From Octopus bimaculoides (lineage: Eukaryota): DNA of 64,000 nucleotides. Every line of letters starts with the position of its first letter. Position 1 is the first letter of the stretch. Position numbers and translations under genes: made by a program. This document shows positions 10,901 to 25,600 of this stretch, piece after piece. The notes below the pieces were generated by a model. The model was not told where the DNA came from. It was given only the letters and a program-made list of their open reading frames with translations, and searched no databases. The stretch lies in contig NC_068985.1 in assembly GCF_001194135.2 (NCBI RefSeq), positions 54,070,393 through 54,134,392 of the forward strand. Direction: 5' to 3'.

Positions 10901-13900
10901 ACACTAAATATTTATCTAACAATACAACATGCACATCGATGTTCTTATTCCGAGTTTGGTTGACATGCCATGTTAGGAAGCCCTCATGGATCAGTTTGTA
11001 ATCCGTCAAGGAGAAATTCTGCAGAATAAAAAAGAAAACCAACTTTTACTTCTTTAGCATTCAAGATTATTCTACCAAATATAATGCCTATTTATTAACA
11101 TTGTTTTGAATTAAATATGCAATACCTTGTAGCTTTGAGATTGCAATAATGAAACTGTATGTTTTTAGAATGACATTGTAGGATAACTACGAGAGACTGG
11201 ACATGGCTAGCTTGAACATAAAACTGTTAGAACATTTGGACTAGATATGGTTAGTTTAAATGTTAAAGCATTAAATAATCAATGAAAACAGTAACAATAA
11301 TCAAGGTACTTAAAGAAATTATTCTGAGATTGGTCCAGACAGAAAAGCTAAAAATACAAATATTACTTCTAAAAATCTCTCAAATACTGTTTAATCCAAA
11401 AATCTAGAGCTTATTATATCATTGTTTTAATGTCCAGTTTTCCATGCTTGCATGGGTCAGATGGAATTTACTGAGAAGGATTTTTTACATTTGGATGCCC
11501 ATCCTGTCACCAGCTTCCACTTGTTTCCAAGTAAGTTAATATTTCCTCATGGTCTGACATGTTTTCACAGAAGACTGGAAACAAAGTACACCACTTGCAT
11601 AACAGTGAAACTCACAACTATCACACGATGTCAAAGCAAGGAGACATTAACGCATACATACACATATATACATGCACACACAAACACACACTCATATGAT
11701 GGGCTTCTTTCAGCTTCCACCAACCAAATCCACTCATCCACTCACAAGGCTTTGGTCGACATGCAGCTATAGTTGAAGACACTTGTTCAAAGGACCCAAA
11801 ACCATGAGGTTGAGAAGCAAACTTCTTACCTCACAACCACACTTGTGTCTAGCAACACACATATATACTATAACTTTTACTCTTGTGTCAAACGAAATAC
11901 ACAGTGACCTCTCAATGGTGATGCAATGAAAATAAAAGCACTCAGAACACTCTATAATTGTTGGTAAATCGAATTGGGCAAAAGCAACACAAGTTTTGAG
12001 AGTGTAACTCTTTAGTCTTGCTGATGGCAAGACAACCAGTGTGTGGTACTGTGCCACAAAAAAAGTACACCAAATGCACTCTGTACAGGGTATCCTGCCA
12101 AAATGTCCAACCCATATCAGCAGGAAAACCAATGTAAAAGGATGACAATGATCATTTTATATCATATATAAAAGACTCATCCCCCACAGCAGAAGTGCTA
12201 ATGCTGCTTCTTCTGATGAAGAGGATTGGCCTGCAAGGGCCCTGTGCCAGTGCCACGTTAAAAGCACCCAGTGCACACTGTAAAGTGGTTGGCATTAGAA
12301 AGGACATCCAACCATAGAAACTAAGCCAAATCAGACTGGAATCTGGTGCAGCTCCCCTGCTTGCTAGTTCTGGTCAAACTATCCAACACATGACAGCATG
12401 GAAAACAGACATTAAAAGATAAGGATGATGATGATACACACACAGACACACAAACAACTTACTCTAAATTCTTCAAATTCAGGAATATTTTCCAATGGTC
12501 TCTTGTCTAGTCGCCTCTGAAGTTCATAGAGTCGGTGGCTATTTTCACATTCCTGTACAGCTAAATTCACATACTCTAAAATACGCTTGCAGAGTCGGTT
12601 AATTTTTTCAAGCATCGCATATTCCTCTGTACTTGCTGCAGAAAGAATTCACAACAACAATAATTATTTTTACATGATAGGAAATGGGCAGCAACCAAGG
12701 TTATTTTCAGTAGACACATATACATATATAAAATGAAAGTTAGTAGCAAGCCATTGTATAATAGAGTACATAATCTTAAAATGATTGGATAGTAGTAATC
12801 TGTTTTGGATATGACACAATTATGAAGGAGAGAATAAGTTGTTTGTGTTAACTTAACTATGATTTTCTATGGTAAATATGTGAAGTTGTTTAGTTTGCTG
12901 TGTAATAATTATGTAATATTGTTTAATTTATTGTGTAATCATTTTATAATATTGCTTCATGTTAGAGTGTCAGAAAAAATTCCAGAACATGATAAACGAC
13001 ATGTTTCATATGGTCAGGTGATGTACAAGGAGTGTGGCTTACCTAGCAGCTAGGAAGCTGATTGCTTAACCCTTTCGTTACTAACCTGGGCGTAGCCGGC
13101 TGAAAAAATTTTTGGTTCATAAGACTAACCCGGCCGTAGCTGGCCGAGCGTACCCATTGTTACTTAAATGTATATTTGAACCCAAATCTCGTTAGTACAT
13201 TCGTTAAAACACCTGATTTCACTTTGCAAACAGTTGAGTTATTGTTTCCGACATTGTTTGGCGTGATATTTGAACTCAGTGAATTTTGGAAGATTTTTTT
13301 CCACATTTTTTGCAGCGTTAATTTTTTTCAACTTTGAAGATGGAGAGGAGTTTCATGCTATCAAGCAGTGATTCCGAATTTGAAGGTTTTTCAACAGAAG
13401 ATATGGAGNNNNNNNNNNNNNNNNNNNNNNNNNNNNNNNNNNNNNNNNNNNNNNNNNNNNNNNNNNNNNNNNNNNNNNNNNNNNNNNNNNNNNNNNNNNN
13501 NNNNNNNNNNNNNNNNNNNNNNNNNNNNNNNNNNNNNNNNNNNNNNNNNNNNNNNNNNNNNNNNNNNNNNNNNNNNNNNNNNNNNNNNNNNNNNNNNNNN
13601 NNNNNNNNNNNNNNNNNNNNNNNNNNNNNNNNNNNNNNNNNNNNNNNNNNNNNNNNNNNNNNNNNNNNNNNNNNNNNNNNNNNNNNNNNNNNNNNNNNNN
13701 NNNNNNNNNNNNNNNNNNNNNNNNNNNNNNNNNNNNNNNNNNNNNNNNNNNNNNNNNNNNNNNNNNNNNNNNNNNNNNNNNNNNNNNNNNNNNNNNNNNN
13801 NNNNNNNNNNNNNNNNNNNNNNNNNNNNNNNNNNNNNNNNNNNNNNNNNNNNNNNNNNNNNNNNNNNNNNNNNNNNNNNNNNNNNNNNNNNNNNNNNNNN

Positions 13901-16761
13901 NNNNNNNNNNNNNNNNNNNNNNNNNNNNNNNNNNNNNNNNNNNAACAAATTACTGGAGCAATCAGGAACCTTTTGGCGATGAATATACTTCCAGTATTAT
14001 GAACAAGTACGATTCGTGAAGCTGAACCAATATTTACATGTGAGAGACACTAGCAGTACCCCAGTACGTGGAGAACTTTCAGACAAAAATTATGCAATAG
14101 AATTGATTAAGAACCCTTTCTTTAATTATGTTCCAAATATCACATTAATATGTTGATAAATAAAAAAGTTACAGGTGTTTAATGAGACTAGTCTAAATTC
14201 ATGATTATTTTAGAATTTAATTGAAACTCATGAGGGGTGTATTTTGGTCAGAAATATAGTAACGAAAGGGTTAAGAATAAAGTTCTAAAAGTTACAAAAT
14301 CATGTGACTGTTTAGAAGATTTTACATTAATGTTCGCATATATAAGGAGGGCTAGTCTTTATGCGTAGAAAGTAGTAAGCAGAAGTTAGTTAGAGTGAAA
14401 CTAATTAACAAACAACTGCATTCTACAAGATGTGTTTTGAAGACACCTTGCTGTGCACTTCTTTGTTTTCCTCTGGGTAAGTTGGCTTGCTAGTCTGGTC
14501 TCCAGTAACCTTGCTGCTAACTTTTGCTGTTGGAGCCATGTTGTTACAGAAGGAAGACCACATTTTGGAACAATATGAAATTTTGGAATATGTAATAATG
14601 TATACTGAAATGATTTGATTGTCATAATCTGTTTTTCAGCACATATTATTGTAGTTTGAAATAATATGATTGCAACAATATAGTTTGGAATTAATTAACT
14701 GCACTGTAAAAGGAATAGTGCATTTTCTTCTTTTTAACATATATTTTTCCACATCTAGTGTGAGTGGGATATTTTAAAGATTTTCTATATATATTTTTAA
14801 TATATAATAAACCATATAATATACATATAATAAACCAAATATAACACATGATGTCTGTTCTTATCTAATCTTCTATATTTAACCCCAGCCAAACGTGTAT
14901 CTAATGTAAATATAGACAGTTATTGCATTGGGAGAAGTAGCAAACATTAATGGTTTGAGTAGTATCCTTCACAAGAAAATAAAATAAAATTCTTCCACAT
15001 CTTCAGTTTATTACTCTAACCATTAAAATTTATTAGCTAAAATGTGAGCTGAATTTAATAACCAACAATTTATTGTTGTTGAATAACTCATAATATTTCA
15101 CAGTCAGCCTATATACATGAAATCATTTTTATTCAATTTTATTTTTCATCTTTAGTTGAGCTGAGGACATGAGCTATATATATCTTCAGTGCTGGTGCCA
15201 TGAAAAATGCACAGTGTGTTATGTAAAAGTGGGTGTCTGTGTTAGAAAGGGTATCCTGGCTGTAGAAATCATACCAAAAGATGAAAGTTTATATTTTACA
15301 CAGACACTGATGAGGCTTTAGTGAAGCGAGACAAGTGGTGACTGTGTTTTCATGTAGCTGTTTTAGTGGCTTGTTTTTTTTCAGTTGGACCACTGTACAT
15401 TGTGCCTTTTCTGTTGAGACATTTCTAAAGAATGACAAACCTGGAGGGTTGTTTTGATCATATCCTGTATAAAAAAGGAGATACTTAACCCCGTGATTAC
15501 CAACAATAAAGAAGAAAACAAAAGTTGGACTTACTTGTGGTATATTTTAGTAAATTATCAATAAGTAGATGGTATTTCGTAAGACGTTGCATTTCTGCTG
15601 GAATGAGATCTTTTAGCTGTAAACGCCGACACATGATACTAGATTCAGATTCCTGCAAATTAATGAACAATAAAGTAAAAATAATTAACAAAGATAATGA
15701 AAAAGTAATTACAGTCTACATTCAGATAGACTGTTGGTGTAATATGGGGTAAGTAATACCTCTAATGACATCAATGTAGTATTTTATTTAATAACAATAT
15801 TTAATGCAGAAAGGACATCCAGTTGAAGAAAATCTGTTTCAATAAATTCCACCCAACCTAAGCAGGGAAAATTGACTATTAAAATGATAATGATGAAACT
15901 TAGGTAATCAACATGTAAATGTACTATACTACATACATATAATGAACAGTTAATGCTCAATTTTCCATGCTAGCATGGGTCAGATGGAATTTGTTGTTGC
16001 AGATTTTCTATGGTCAAATGTTCTTACTGTTGCCAATCATCATTTGTTTCCAAGGCAATATTTCTTCATGACTAGACATGCTTTTCATGGAAGACTGGAA
16101 ATGAACAACATTGCTTGTTCGACAGTGACACATGTTTACAACCATCACATGATGTCAAGTCAGAAGTGCACATTAGGACACACACATACAACAGTCTTCA
16201 ACTAAGATCTACCAGATCCACTCAAAAGGCTTTGGTCAGCCCAGGGCTATAGTAGAAGGCACATGCCTAAAGTGCTGTGCAGTGGGACTGAACTCAAGGC
16301 CACATGGTTAGGAAATTAGGTTCGCAACTACAGTCACAATGCATGTGCATGTGTGTGTATGTTGATTACCTAAGGTACTATATAACATATTATAAGGTAC
16401 AATATTACTATGTTCTCTATGCATCTGTGTTAATTCTTTTGTAACCATACACTGCCTTTGTTTCAATTAATTTTGAAAATGAAGAATTTAGTAGAATAAC
16501 TTTGTCATTATTAAGCTAGTGTCTAAAATATAAATTTATGAGAAATTTTGAGAGGTTTTAATTTATATCCATTCAAACAGGAAGTTTGTATCACAGATGA
16601 GATGGTATCAAAAAGGATAATATATAACATATCCAATCATAAATAAGCTGGTGATACAAGTATGTGACTATCAGAAACTTCCCTAAATACATCTTGGCAT
16701 AGAATATTCACTGCATTCAATTTTCCATCTGTAATTTTGACATTTGCTTAGAAGTTCACAT

Positions 16762-16793
<32 letters not shown>

Positions 16794-19700
16794 TATAATG
16801 TGTTTCTTCCATGTGTGTGTCTTGATACAATATATTTAAAGAAATCATTTCCCTTGATGTAATGCAAAAAACAATTCTCCAATCAATCATGCATTAGGAG
16901 GAGTATAATGATATAAATTCTTGACAGTAATTTCACTGCAATAATCATATTTGACATTATAGTCATTTGTAAGTAAATCAAACCACTAACTATCAGTTCT
17001 CAGTGCAGAAAATATGATTCTAACAACAGCCTAGAATATGAGGGTGTTGAAAAGTTCCTGGCTTTCAGTAAAAGAAAATAGAGTAGGATCAGATAATTAT
17101 GATTTATTCAACATATTCCCCTCTCAGATTCACACACTTATTGCATCAGTCCTCCAGTTTTTCTAAGCTCTTTTCAGCACCCCATCATATATATCTTAAC
17201 CCTTTTGTCATCATATTTACGTTGAAGTACACTGTGTTTGTTTTAATTAGTTTCGAAAATAATGACAAATTTAGAAAAATAACTTACATTATTAAAACGA
17301 TATTTGGAAAATAAATTACCATGGGATTCTGAGAAAATATTTTAACTTAGATCACTTTAAAACAAGAAGGGTGGTCTCAGGTGGGTTGATGACAAAAGTA
17401 TTAAAATGATAATCATGAGAGGGAGAAGACTGCAGAGACCCAAGTGGAAAGGGACTTAGAGATGGGGAAGACAGAGAAACACAAAGGAAAACTATGTGAA
17501 AGCTGATCTCAAGAAGCTGGAATTCATAAAGGATATCAAAAAGACCCACAGCAATTGGCAAAATGATGTACTGGAAATGACCTAGCAAACCCACACAAGC
17601 ATGAAAAAAAACAGCCATGACATTGATGATAACAACAGAGACAATGATGATGATGATGATGAAGACAATGACAAAAATGAACTCACCATTAAGAACTGTG
17701 CAAATTTTTGGTCTTTTCTCTGTTTTAACCGAAGAGATTCTAAAGCTGAAGATTGGTTTCGACAGAAGATTGCACAGTTTTTTTTAAAATGTTCACCAGC
17801 TTCACCATCAAACTATTTAATAGATCAATATTTAACTTAGATTAATAAGAGAAAGATTGTTTTTACAGTTGTAAAATGAACAAACACAATTTTATCATTC
17901 AAACTAAATAAATGATAATAATATTATCTGAAACTGTACCCACCCAAAAAAAAAACAAAAAAAACCAAACAAACTCAATAACAAGTACTGTATAAAATAA
18001 TTTCTATTAGGGAACATAGTAAATGCAAAAATGTGAATATAAACACACATACATACACACATATATATAAAGATAAACTATAACAGGTATAAGAAATATA
18101 TGAAAAGTTACATATACAATTTACAGGATGTAATTAAGCCTTATTTTTACAGCTATTTCAGCTCATCAATGAATAATTTATGTAACTTTGCAAGAAACCA
18201 AACATTAAGTGAATATTGTTGGTATACTTAAAATCAAAGGAAAAGTATCAACTAGCATAGATTTTAACAGTCTGTGCATGCTTGACAGTATAGATATTAA
18301 AGTTCAGTTTCATGTGCTGTTACATTTGCATAGTATGCATATGTCGGTATTGTCATAAATAAAATAAAATGTATTTAAGGAAAATCTTTCCTTTGATGTA
18401 TTGCAAAACAACAGTCATATCAATAACAGAATAGAGCTACATAAAAGTAAACTTACCCTCCTTAATAAAATATCCCCAACACCAGAGATAACAGGATGCT
18501 CTTTCCTCCTGGTCTTCATTTCTTCATTCAATGACTCTACAAAAGCAACAACAATAGTTGACTAAATACTGTATTTCAATTAGAAAAACCAAACAAATTG
18601 TAATCTCACATTGAATATCGATTTTGTTCAGATACCTGGTATTGGTGCCACATAAAAAGCACTCAGTCCACTCTGCAGGGTGGTTGGTGTTAGGAAGGGC
18701 ATCCAGCCATAAAAACTATGCCAAAACGGAGTCACAGAAGTCTGGTGTAGTTTTTTTGTCTGGTCAGCTCCTGTCAAACCATCCAACCCATGTCAGCATG
18801 GAAAGAGGACATTAAATGATGATGATGATGATCTCTGGATATTGTACCCAGATTGATGATACCTCTCTTCCTCCCTTCCACTAGTCTTGAAAGCCCTGTG
18901 AAGCATCATGGCACTGTGTTTCCCTTCTTGACCAAAAAACAAAAAGATACATCCTCATTTCTCCCCTTACATCCCACATGCACTGATAATTCAATAAACA
19001 TAAAGTAAATATTGACAAAAGAAAATTACTGCAGGTTTCCTAGAAATAGATATTAAAAATGATAACATAAGCTTGTGAATACTTACTGTGAAGTTTTATC
19101 AACTCTTCTAGGTTTGGGAATAAAGAGTCTATAAGATTTTGTGATATATATTCACGCTGCATCATAGGTTTGCGAAATAACTTATCAAGAATTTTCATAT
19201 TCCTCAAATGAGCACGTTCTGTATAAAAGAGTTCTGAAAGATAAAAAAGGGAATTAACATTACTTATTTCTCAAAACACTTGCAATGCAACTACAAAAAC
19301 TTCTTAATCACTCCAGTTGTGAAATATTGATTTCAGAGGACATGCAGAGATTGGACAGAAGACAGGTGAGTATGCAACAATGGGTGTGCAAATGAAACCT
19401 ACAGAAAAAATGTGTACAAGAGGAATTGGATATAGTGTACTTCACAGGGGAAGTCCATTGTCCATACTGGCATGGGTTGGACGGTGTGACCAGAGCTGGC
19501 AAGCCAGGGGTGGGGCTGCACCAGACTCCAATCTGTGTATATGTTTACTACTAGTGGGCATGTGCACACTGGTAGTAAACAAACGTGTTCATTCATAAAA
19601 AATGGTGTCATTTGTCTACAATTCGCCACAAAAGCATGTTCAGGCTGTCCATTGTTCAATAAACAACGAGAAATATTACGCTGCTTGAAAGCAATCAAGC

Positions 19701-22523
19701 ATTTGTAATAGAAAGAGTATTCATTAGAGGAATCTGTCTCAAAATAGTTTCATTCGACCCATGCTAATGTGGAAAAGTAAATATCAAAGCAATGACGATA
19801 TGCAAGTTATTCAAACTAAAGCTAAAAAAAACTGGTTCTCCATCAGTTACAAGGGTTCCAGCTGGTCTGATCAACAGAATAGTCTGCTTGTGAAATTAAT
19901 GTGCAAGTGGTTGAGCACTCCACAGACACATGTACATTTAATATAGTTGTCAGGCAGATTGAGCGAGACACAGCCTGTGACAAGGTTGCCACTTTGAAAT
20001 ATACAGGTACTACTAATTTTTGCCAGCTGAATGGATTGGATAAACATGAAATAAAGTGTTTTGCTCAAGAGCACAATGCACTGCTGGGTATCAAACTCAC
20101 AACCTTACTATCATGAGCCAAATACCCTAACCACTAAGCAATGCACCTTCACATCCAAGTTATACAAACCCCAAAATAACTCATAACTCTTTTTCTTTAA
20201 GTAAAAGCCTATGTCAACTGATCAAGCAACTTTGAGTAGACTATAATACACTGCTGAGGTCTAATTGGCTGAAGCATGTCCATAATTGTTCTCCCTTGCC
20301 TACAGACAAAAATCAGGCTTTAACTTTTCATAAGCATGTCAATTAACTTTGGGAGATTAATTCTTAATTTCTCAAAATTGTTTTCCCCTTCTTTGAATCT
20401 TTTTCTCTTCTTTGAGTCTCACTAGCAATTACTACTAGATTTTTTGGAAATTTCACTTAAAATAATTTGTTTTGCACTGAACATTCATCTCATCATTTTA
20501 CATCTGCTTTCTATGTTAGCATGGATTAGATGGTTTGACAAGATCCAGTAAGTTAGAGACCCACACTTTGCTCCAGTGTCTCACTTTTGGCATGGTTTCA
20601 ACAGCTGGACACCATTGATAAAACCAACCACTTTACAAAGTGTACTTGATGCATTTTCCCATGACACCAGCAATATAAAGATTGTCTTACACTCAGCAGG
20701 ACTAAGGAGTCCCTTCAAACCCTGTGTTGTCTCAGCTTGATTTGCCAACCAATTAATAGAGAACTAGGTGCTTTTTATGTGCCACCAGCACTTGTGAGAT
20801 TGCCTTGTAACTCACAAGGTGAAAAAGCCTCCAGTACTGAAAGAGAGAATAGGAGATAGTAATGACTTTAGGTGCTGAGAGAAGTTAATAAATTTATGCT
20901 ATTGACTCATTTGAGTTATTTCCCTTGGATATGCTTTCTTTAAAAATAATGTTGCTGGCATATGTTCTGGGTTGTAGAACATATACCATTGTGTGCTATT
21001 AAAGATGAAGAGTCTGGCATCAGGAAGACCATGTGGCTGTAGCAAACAGCCACAAAAAATCTTCGCCCAACCTACGCCAGCACAGAAGGGCAAATGCAAA
21101 ATAACGAGGAACATTGATAAATACTGGAAAAACAACCCAGTTATTACCATTTATAACTTCTTGCCGTTTCTTTTCTTTTGGTTTCATTTTACGCAAAAGA
21201 TCCTCAGATATCACTTTAGTAAGATGAGGTAACTCAGGTTCCACTTCAAGATCAGAATCATCCACCATGGTATCTTCATTATCAGCATCATTGGAATTGC
21301 AGGGGCTGTCTGAACTCCTGTATGAATTGAAAGATGAGACATAAATTGGGTTTCCAAGACTCACAAAGAGGAAATTGATAGGTCTCCTCACTTTATGAGT
21401 GCAGTAAGCTAAATTTGGCCCCTCAACAAGAAGCGGCAGAAACTCAAAAATGTTTATTTCAGTAAAATAGTAATTAGAAAATAAAATAGCTGTATGCTGT
21501 CAACTTTATGTGACAGTCCCCTGAAGAGAATAATATTACTGTTGGTTAGACCTAGGAAGCTGCACTGCTTCCTTTCAGCCGTGACACATTTCCTGTGTCT
21601 TTATGTTTACAAGGGCACAGGAAATGTGTTAAGGCCGACAGGAAGCGATGCAGCTTCCTAGGTCTAACCAACAGTAGTATTATTCCCTTCAGGGGACTAT
21701 CACTACTGCATAAATCTCTCTGAGAGATTTAGAAATGTATTATTTCTAAAAATAGAAAATAAAAGTAAATACAAATAACATGGAAAAATAAACATTAAAC
21801 AAGCAAACAACATTCAAATATATGTTTGTAAGAATTACTTTAATATTCAGATTGACAAGTTAATTTAAAAAGTCTATGTTGGTTGATTATTGTTGTAAAT
21901 ATGAGGAATTAAAAGATTCTTAAGGCCTGATAGATGGCACCGTATTTTCTTATTTGATTGTTTTGTCTATGATACATCTATGTGACTCAGAAGGTGGTAG
22001 GGACTCAATCTGCATAGAAATTTCTTCAAAACTTCTCATGGCAGTGAACCAGATGTCAACTGGATCAAGTTAAAAGTCATGACAGCATTAATACAAAAGA
22101 TCATAAAATAGAATATTGTCTCTTTTACTGTTCCTTTTATACAATGCAATACTTCAGGTATTTCAATGCTTTAATATCAAAACTTTGAAATCTATTTATC
22201 ATCTGAAGAGAAACTTAAGACATTTCTGTAAATTTAACCATTTCAAAAACAGCAGTAGCAAAAATGCTTTCTTTAATTTTTTTAAAACATAGACAAAGAT
22301 GGTGAGTTTTATAACCTTAAGTGCAAACATTGGCAGTGTTAGATTGAATGGTTTTAGCTTGCAACTAAGATTTAACAGTTCACCTGTTTTGGTAAAGCTT
22401 TGTGAGTGACAGTCAGAGTAAAGACATCTCATCTAAATTAATTCAAGATTTGACTATTGACTAAAGGTCAATACCTACCATATAGACTATAGCAGGAATG
22501 GATAGATAGATAGATAGATAGAC

Positions 22524-22605
<82 letters not shown>

Positions 22606-25600
22606 AGAGAGAAAATGAGAGAGGACAAGGAGTGCACTGACAGACAATCTGAGGGTAAAGTGTTTATGTTGAACAAACCTAGGATGAACTGCATATGAAA
22701 CCTAGAAGCCTGCAAACTATCAGGAGGTGGCCATGTTAGAGGAGTCCTACTTTGGGGTATGTTAATCTAGGTTCATTTCAGAACCATTTTTACAATATCA
22801 ATACAAATAATAATCTCTTGGAAGGTTAGTGTGAAGACAGCATGTTAGGCTTAGCCATGACATAACCATTTTGTGGATTGTGCTAAAGAATTGTGTACCT
22901 TGTTCCCATTAAGAAGATGACATATTCTCAAAGAATATTTTTGAATATTGTTTTGATTTAAAAAAAACAAACTTTGTGATAAGTGCAATGTGAATTAAAT
23001 AAGATTTTAAAATCAATTATCAGTTAAAATTACCTGCAATCTCTGCAGTAGTTCTTCAGTCTAATTTAGTTAATGACAAGTAGTAGTATGATAATAGTTT
23101 TAAATGTAATTAATTAGAAAATTGTCTCTCTTAAAGCTTTAACAGTTTAATAAAATGATCCTACCTTATAGAAACATCCTTTCTATAAAGTAGAAGATAT
23201 GGAAAAAAAATTGTCACACATGATGATTTAGTTCCCAATTAATTAAATAATTACCTAAAGCATTATGAGACATTTTCTACTATTGGTTTCTGCCAGAGGC
23301 TGTGGCCATGCTGGGGCATTGCCATTTGTTTTCAATTAACATAAAGTAATTATCTAAAACATTATGTTTCAGATATTATTTCCTATTATTCTGTTATTGG
23401 TTTCAGTCAGAGGCTGTAGCCATGCTGGAGCACTGTTATTAACTATTTATAAATATTTAGCTTAAGACTGTAATATGAAATAAACATTGAAATAACATCT
23501 CAATATGCAGGCATGGAGTGTGGTTCAGCATTTCACTTTGTAACCACATGATTTCAGGTTCAGTCCCACCATGTACTACCTTAGGCAAGTGTCTTCTACA
23601 ATAGCTTCAGGCAAACCAATACTTTGTGAGTAAACTTGGTAGATGCACACACATGAACACACATACACCCACACACACTCACACCTGTGTTTGTGTAAGT
23701 GTTTACATTCTGGACTTTGCATCAAAATCATTGATCTGCAGGCGGTGGCATTTGTTGACATTCCCTTGTGAATAGATCATTTGGTAGCTCTGTGCTTTCA
23801 AAGACAGATGGAATGAAAACTTCTTTATTTGGAAAACCAGTAGAGGTTAGCAGGGGGGGGGGCTGTAAAAAGAAACCATACCCCAACATGTACTCATCTA
23901 GACCATGCCAGTGTGGGTTAAATGAGTAGAGTATAAAAGTCTGGTTTAACAGCTGGAAGCTCTATTTGATGCCGACCCTTAGCTGCTTCTCAAGTGAAGG
24001 ATCTATTTTACCACACAGCTTTGGAAGCAAGAAGTGAACAGCAAAGTTATCGACAGCAGAAGTGTCGATTACAACAATGGTTTCTGAATAAGTGAACACC
24101 AATGTAAACAAGCACACACACACACACAATGGGTTTCTTTTTAGTTTTTGTCTACCAAATCCACTCACAAGATTTTGGTTGGCCTGGGGCAAGAGTAGAA
24201 GATACTTATCCAAAGTGCTGCACAGTGAGAGCAAACCTGAAACCAAGTGGTTGGGCACCAAACTTGTCGACCATAAAACCATGCCTGTCCCTAAATGATT
24301 TGCAGAAAATATAGAAGTCAGACTGTTTAGTTTCTGACTAGGAAACAATAGCGTACTTATTATGTCAGACATGAAGCTATTTCATTTTTCACAAAACAAT
24401 GTATCACTAGAATGCTATAGAAATACTTGCTTGTTGTAAGCTGCTAATAATTTTAAAAAAACATTCACAATATATGCCAGCACATTTTTTTTTTTTTTTT
24501 TTTGGAGCCATAATATATAAAATGCACTAAGAGAGGAGACTGTATACCTACCCAAAAAACTTGTCACTAATTTTCCTGAAAAATCAAATAATAGTGAGAT
24601 ATGACTTCAGAAAAGAGAGTTAGTGAGACAAAGTATGGTGAGATGAGATGTTCTCTAGATTGGAGAAGCAGTAACTATTTATATAAGATTAACTGTGAAA
24701 TTAGAAGATTTAGCTGAAGCTTATTTTATTATTAGTTTTCTATTTATTATTGTATATGTGGTAAATGGTCAATATATTTGTTGCTTTATTTTATAATTTC
24801 TTGACTACTTAAAAAAAAGGATATCCAACTAAAAGTATTTGTTCATTTAATTTAGTACTAATTACAAATCTTAATTATGTATTGTTTAAATGTATTTATA
24901 ATCAATTACACATATATGTTTGGCCAAAAAGTATAAGAAAAAGAATGACTCATTAGCTTTCTCACTGAGGGCAAAGACCACACCATGCATCCAGAACCAT
25001 AATCAATACTACTATGCTACAAGTGGTAGACAACCAGGGATCAAAGAACTTTGAAGAATAAAGTTGGAATATCAATAGTCTCACTTCCAAAAGACAAGTG
25101 ACATCTACATAATGCTGATGTAACATACCCATAATGAGAGTTTGCATTTCTAAAGCCTTCAGAAGTCGCTTTCTCTGTAATATAGTTTTCTAGGTAACAA
25201 ACTTATTACATGCTCTTCTCGGAGAACACATGTCACTGGCAGAACAAGAACATCAGCTCTCACAGTGCTGTAGCATTAATAGACACCTGATTTTTGGAGG
25301 TGTTTCTCAGCCCCCAGAAAAATCATACAGTGTTATCCATAGCAGAGCCTTTCTCTGTTAAATGTCAAAAATAACAGTAGTAATATGACCAAAAAAATGA
25401 GCAGTATTGCTCAAGACATGAAATTAGAGACCCACAAAAACTGTGTTAAGTTTTAAAATCGACCATGAAAGTATCCATCAACAAGGAAAATGATCCTTGA
25501 TGCTGAAGCTGCTATTATTTTGAACCTTGGCAACTGAGGTTGTTTTTGACCTTCTCCTTAAATGTCTCAGGGTCATATTCATGAATGATGAAAGGCAGGT

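Noticed and set aside
15306-15330. CTGATGAGGCTTTAGTGAAG hammerhead-like string
   Set aside because: GAAG replaces GAAA, helix II is poor, and there is no helix III or cleavage triplet.
19337-19365. Plus-strand exon-like 29-mer (tttcag| ... CAG|GTGAGT)
   Set aside because: It is isolated, with no partner exons or ORF on that strand; consistent with chance.
21318-21408. Upstream extension of the 21148-21317 exon in the same open frame
   Set aside because: The extra sequence is the pyrimidine tract of the stronger phase-2 acceptor at 21318-21319; the upstream AG would be phase 1 and mismatch the donor.
21950-22057. Protein-like minus-strand stretch DIWFTAMRSFEEISMQIESLPPSESHR
   Set aside because: Its acceptor needs phase 1 but the intron is phase 2, where it reads straight into TGA. 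No compatible donor.
24960-25300. Possible L1/Tx1-type zinc-knuckle remnant on the minus strand
   Set aside because: Too degraded to classify by eye.
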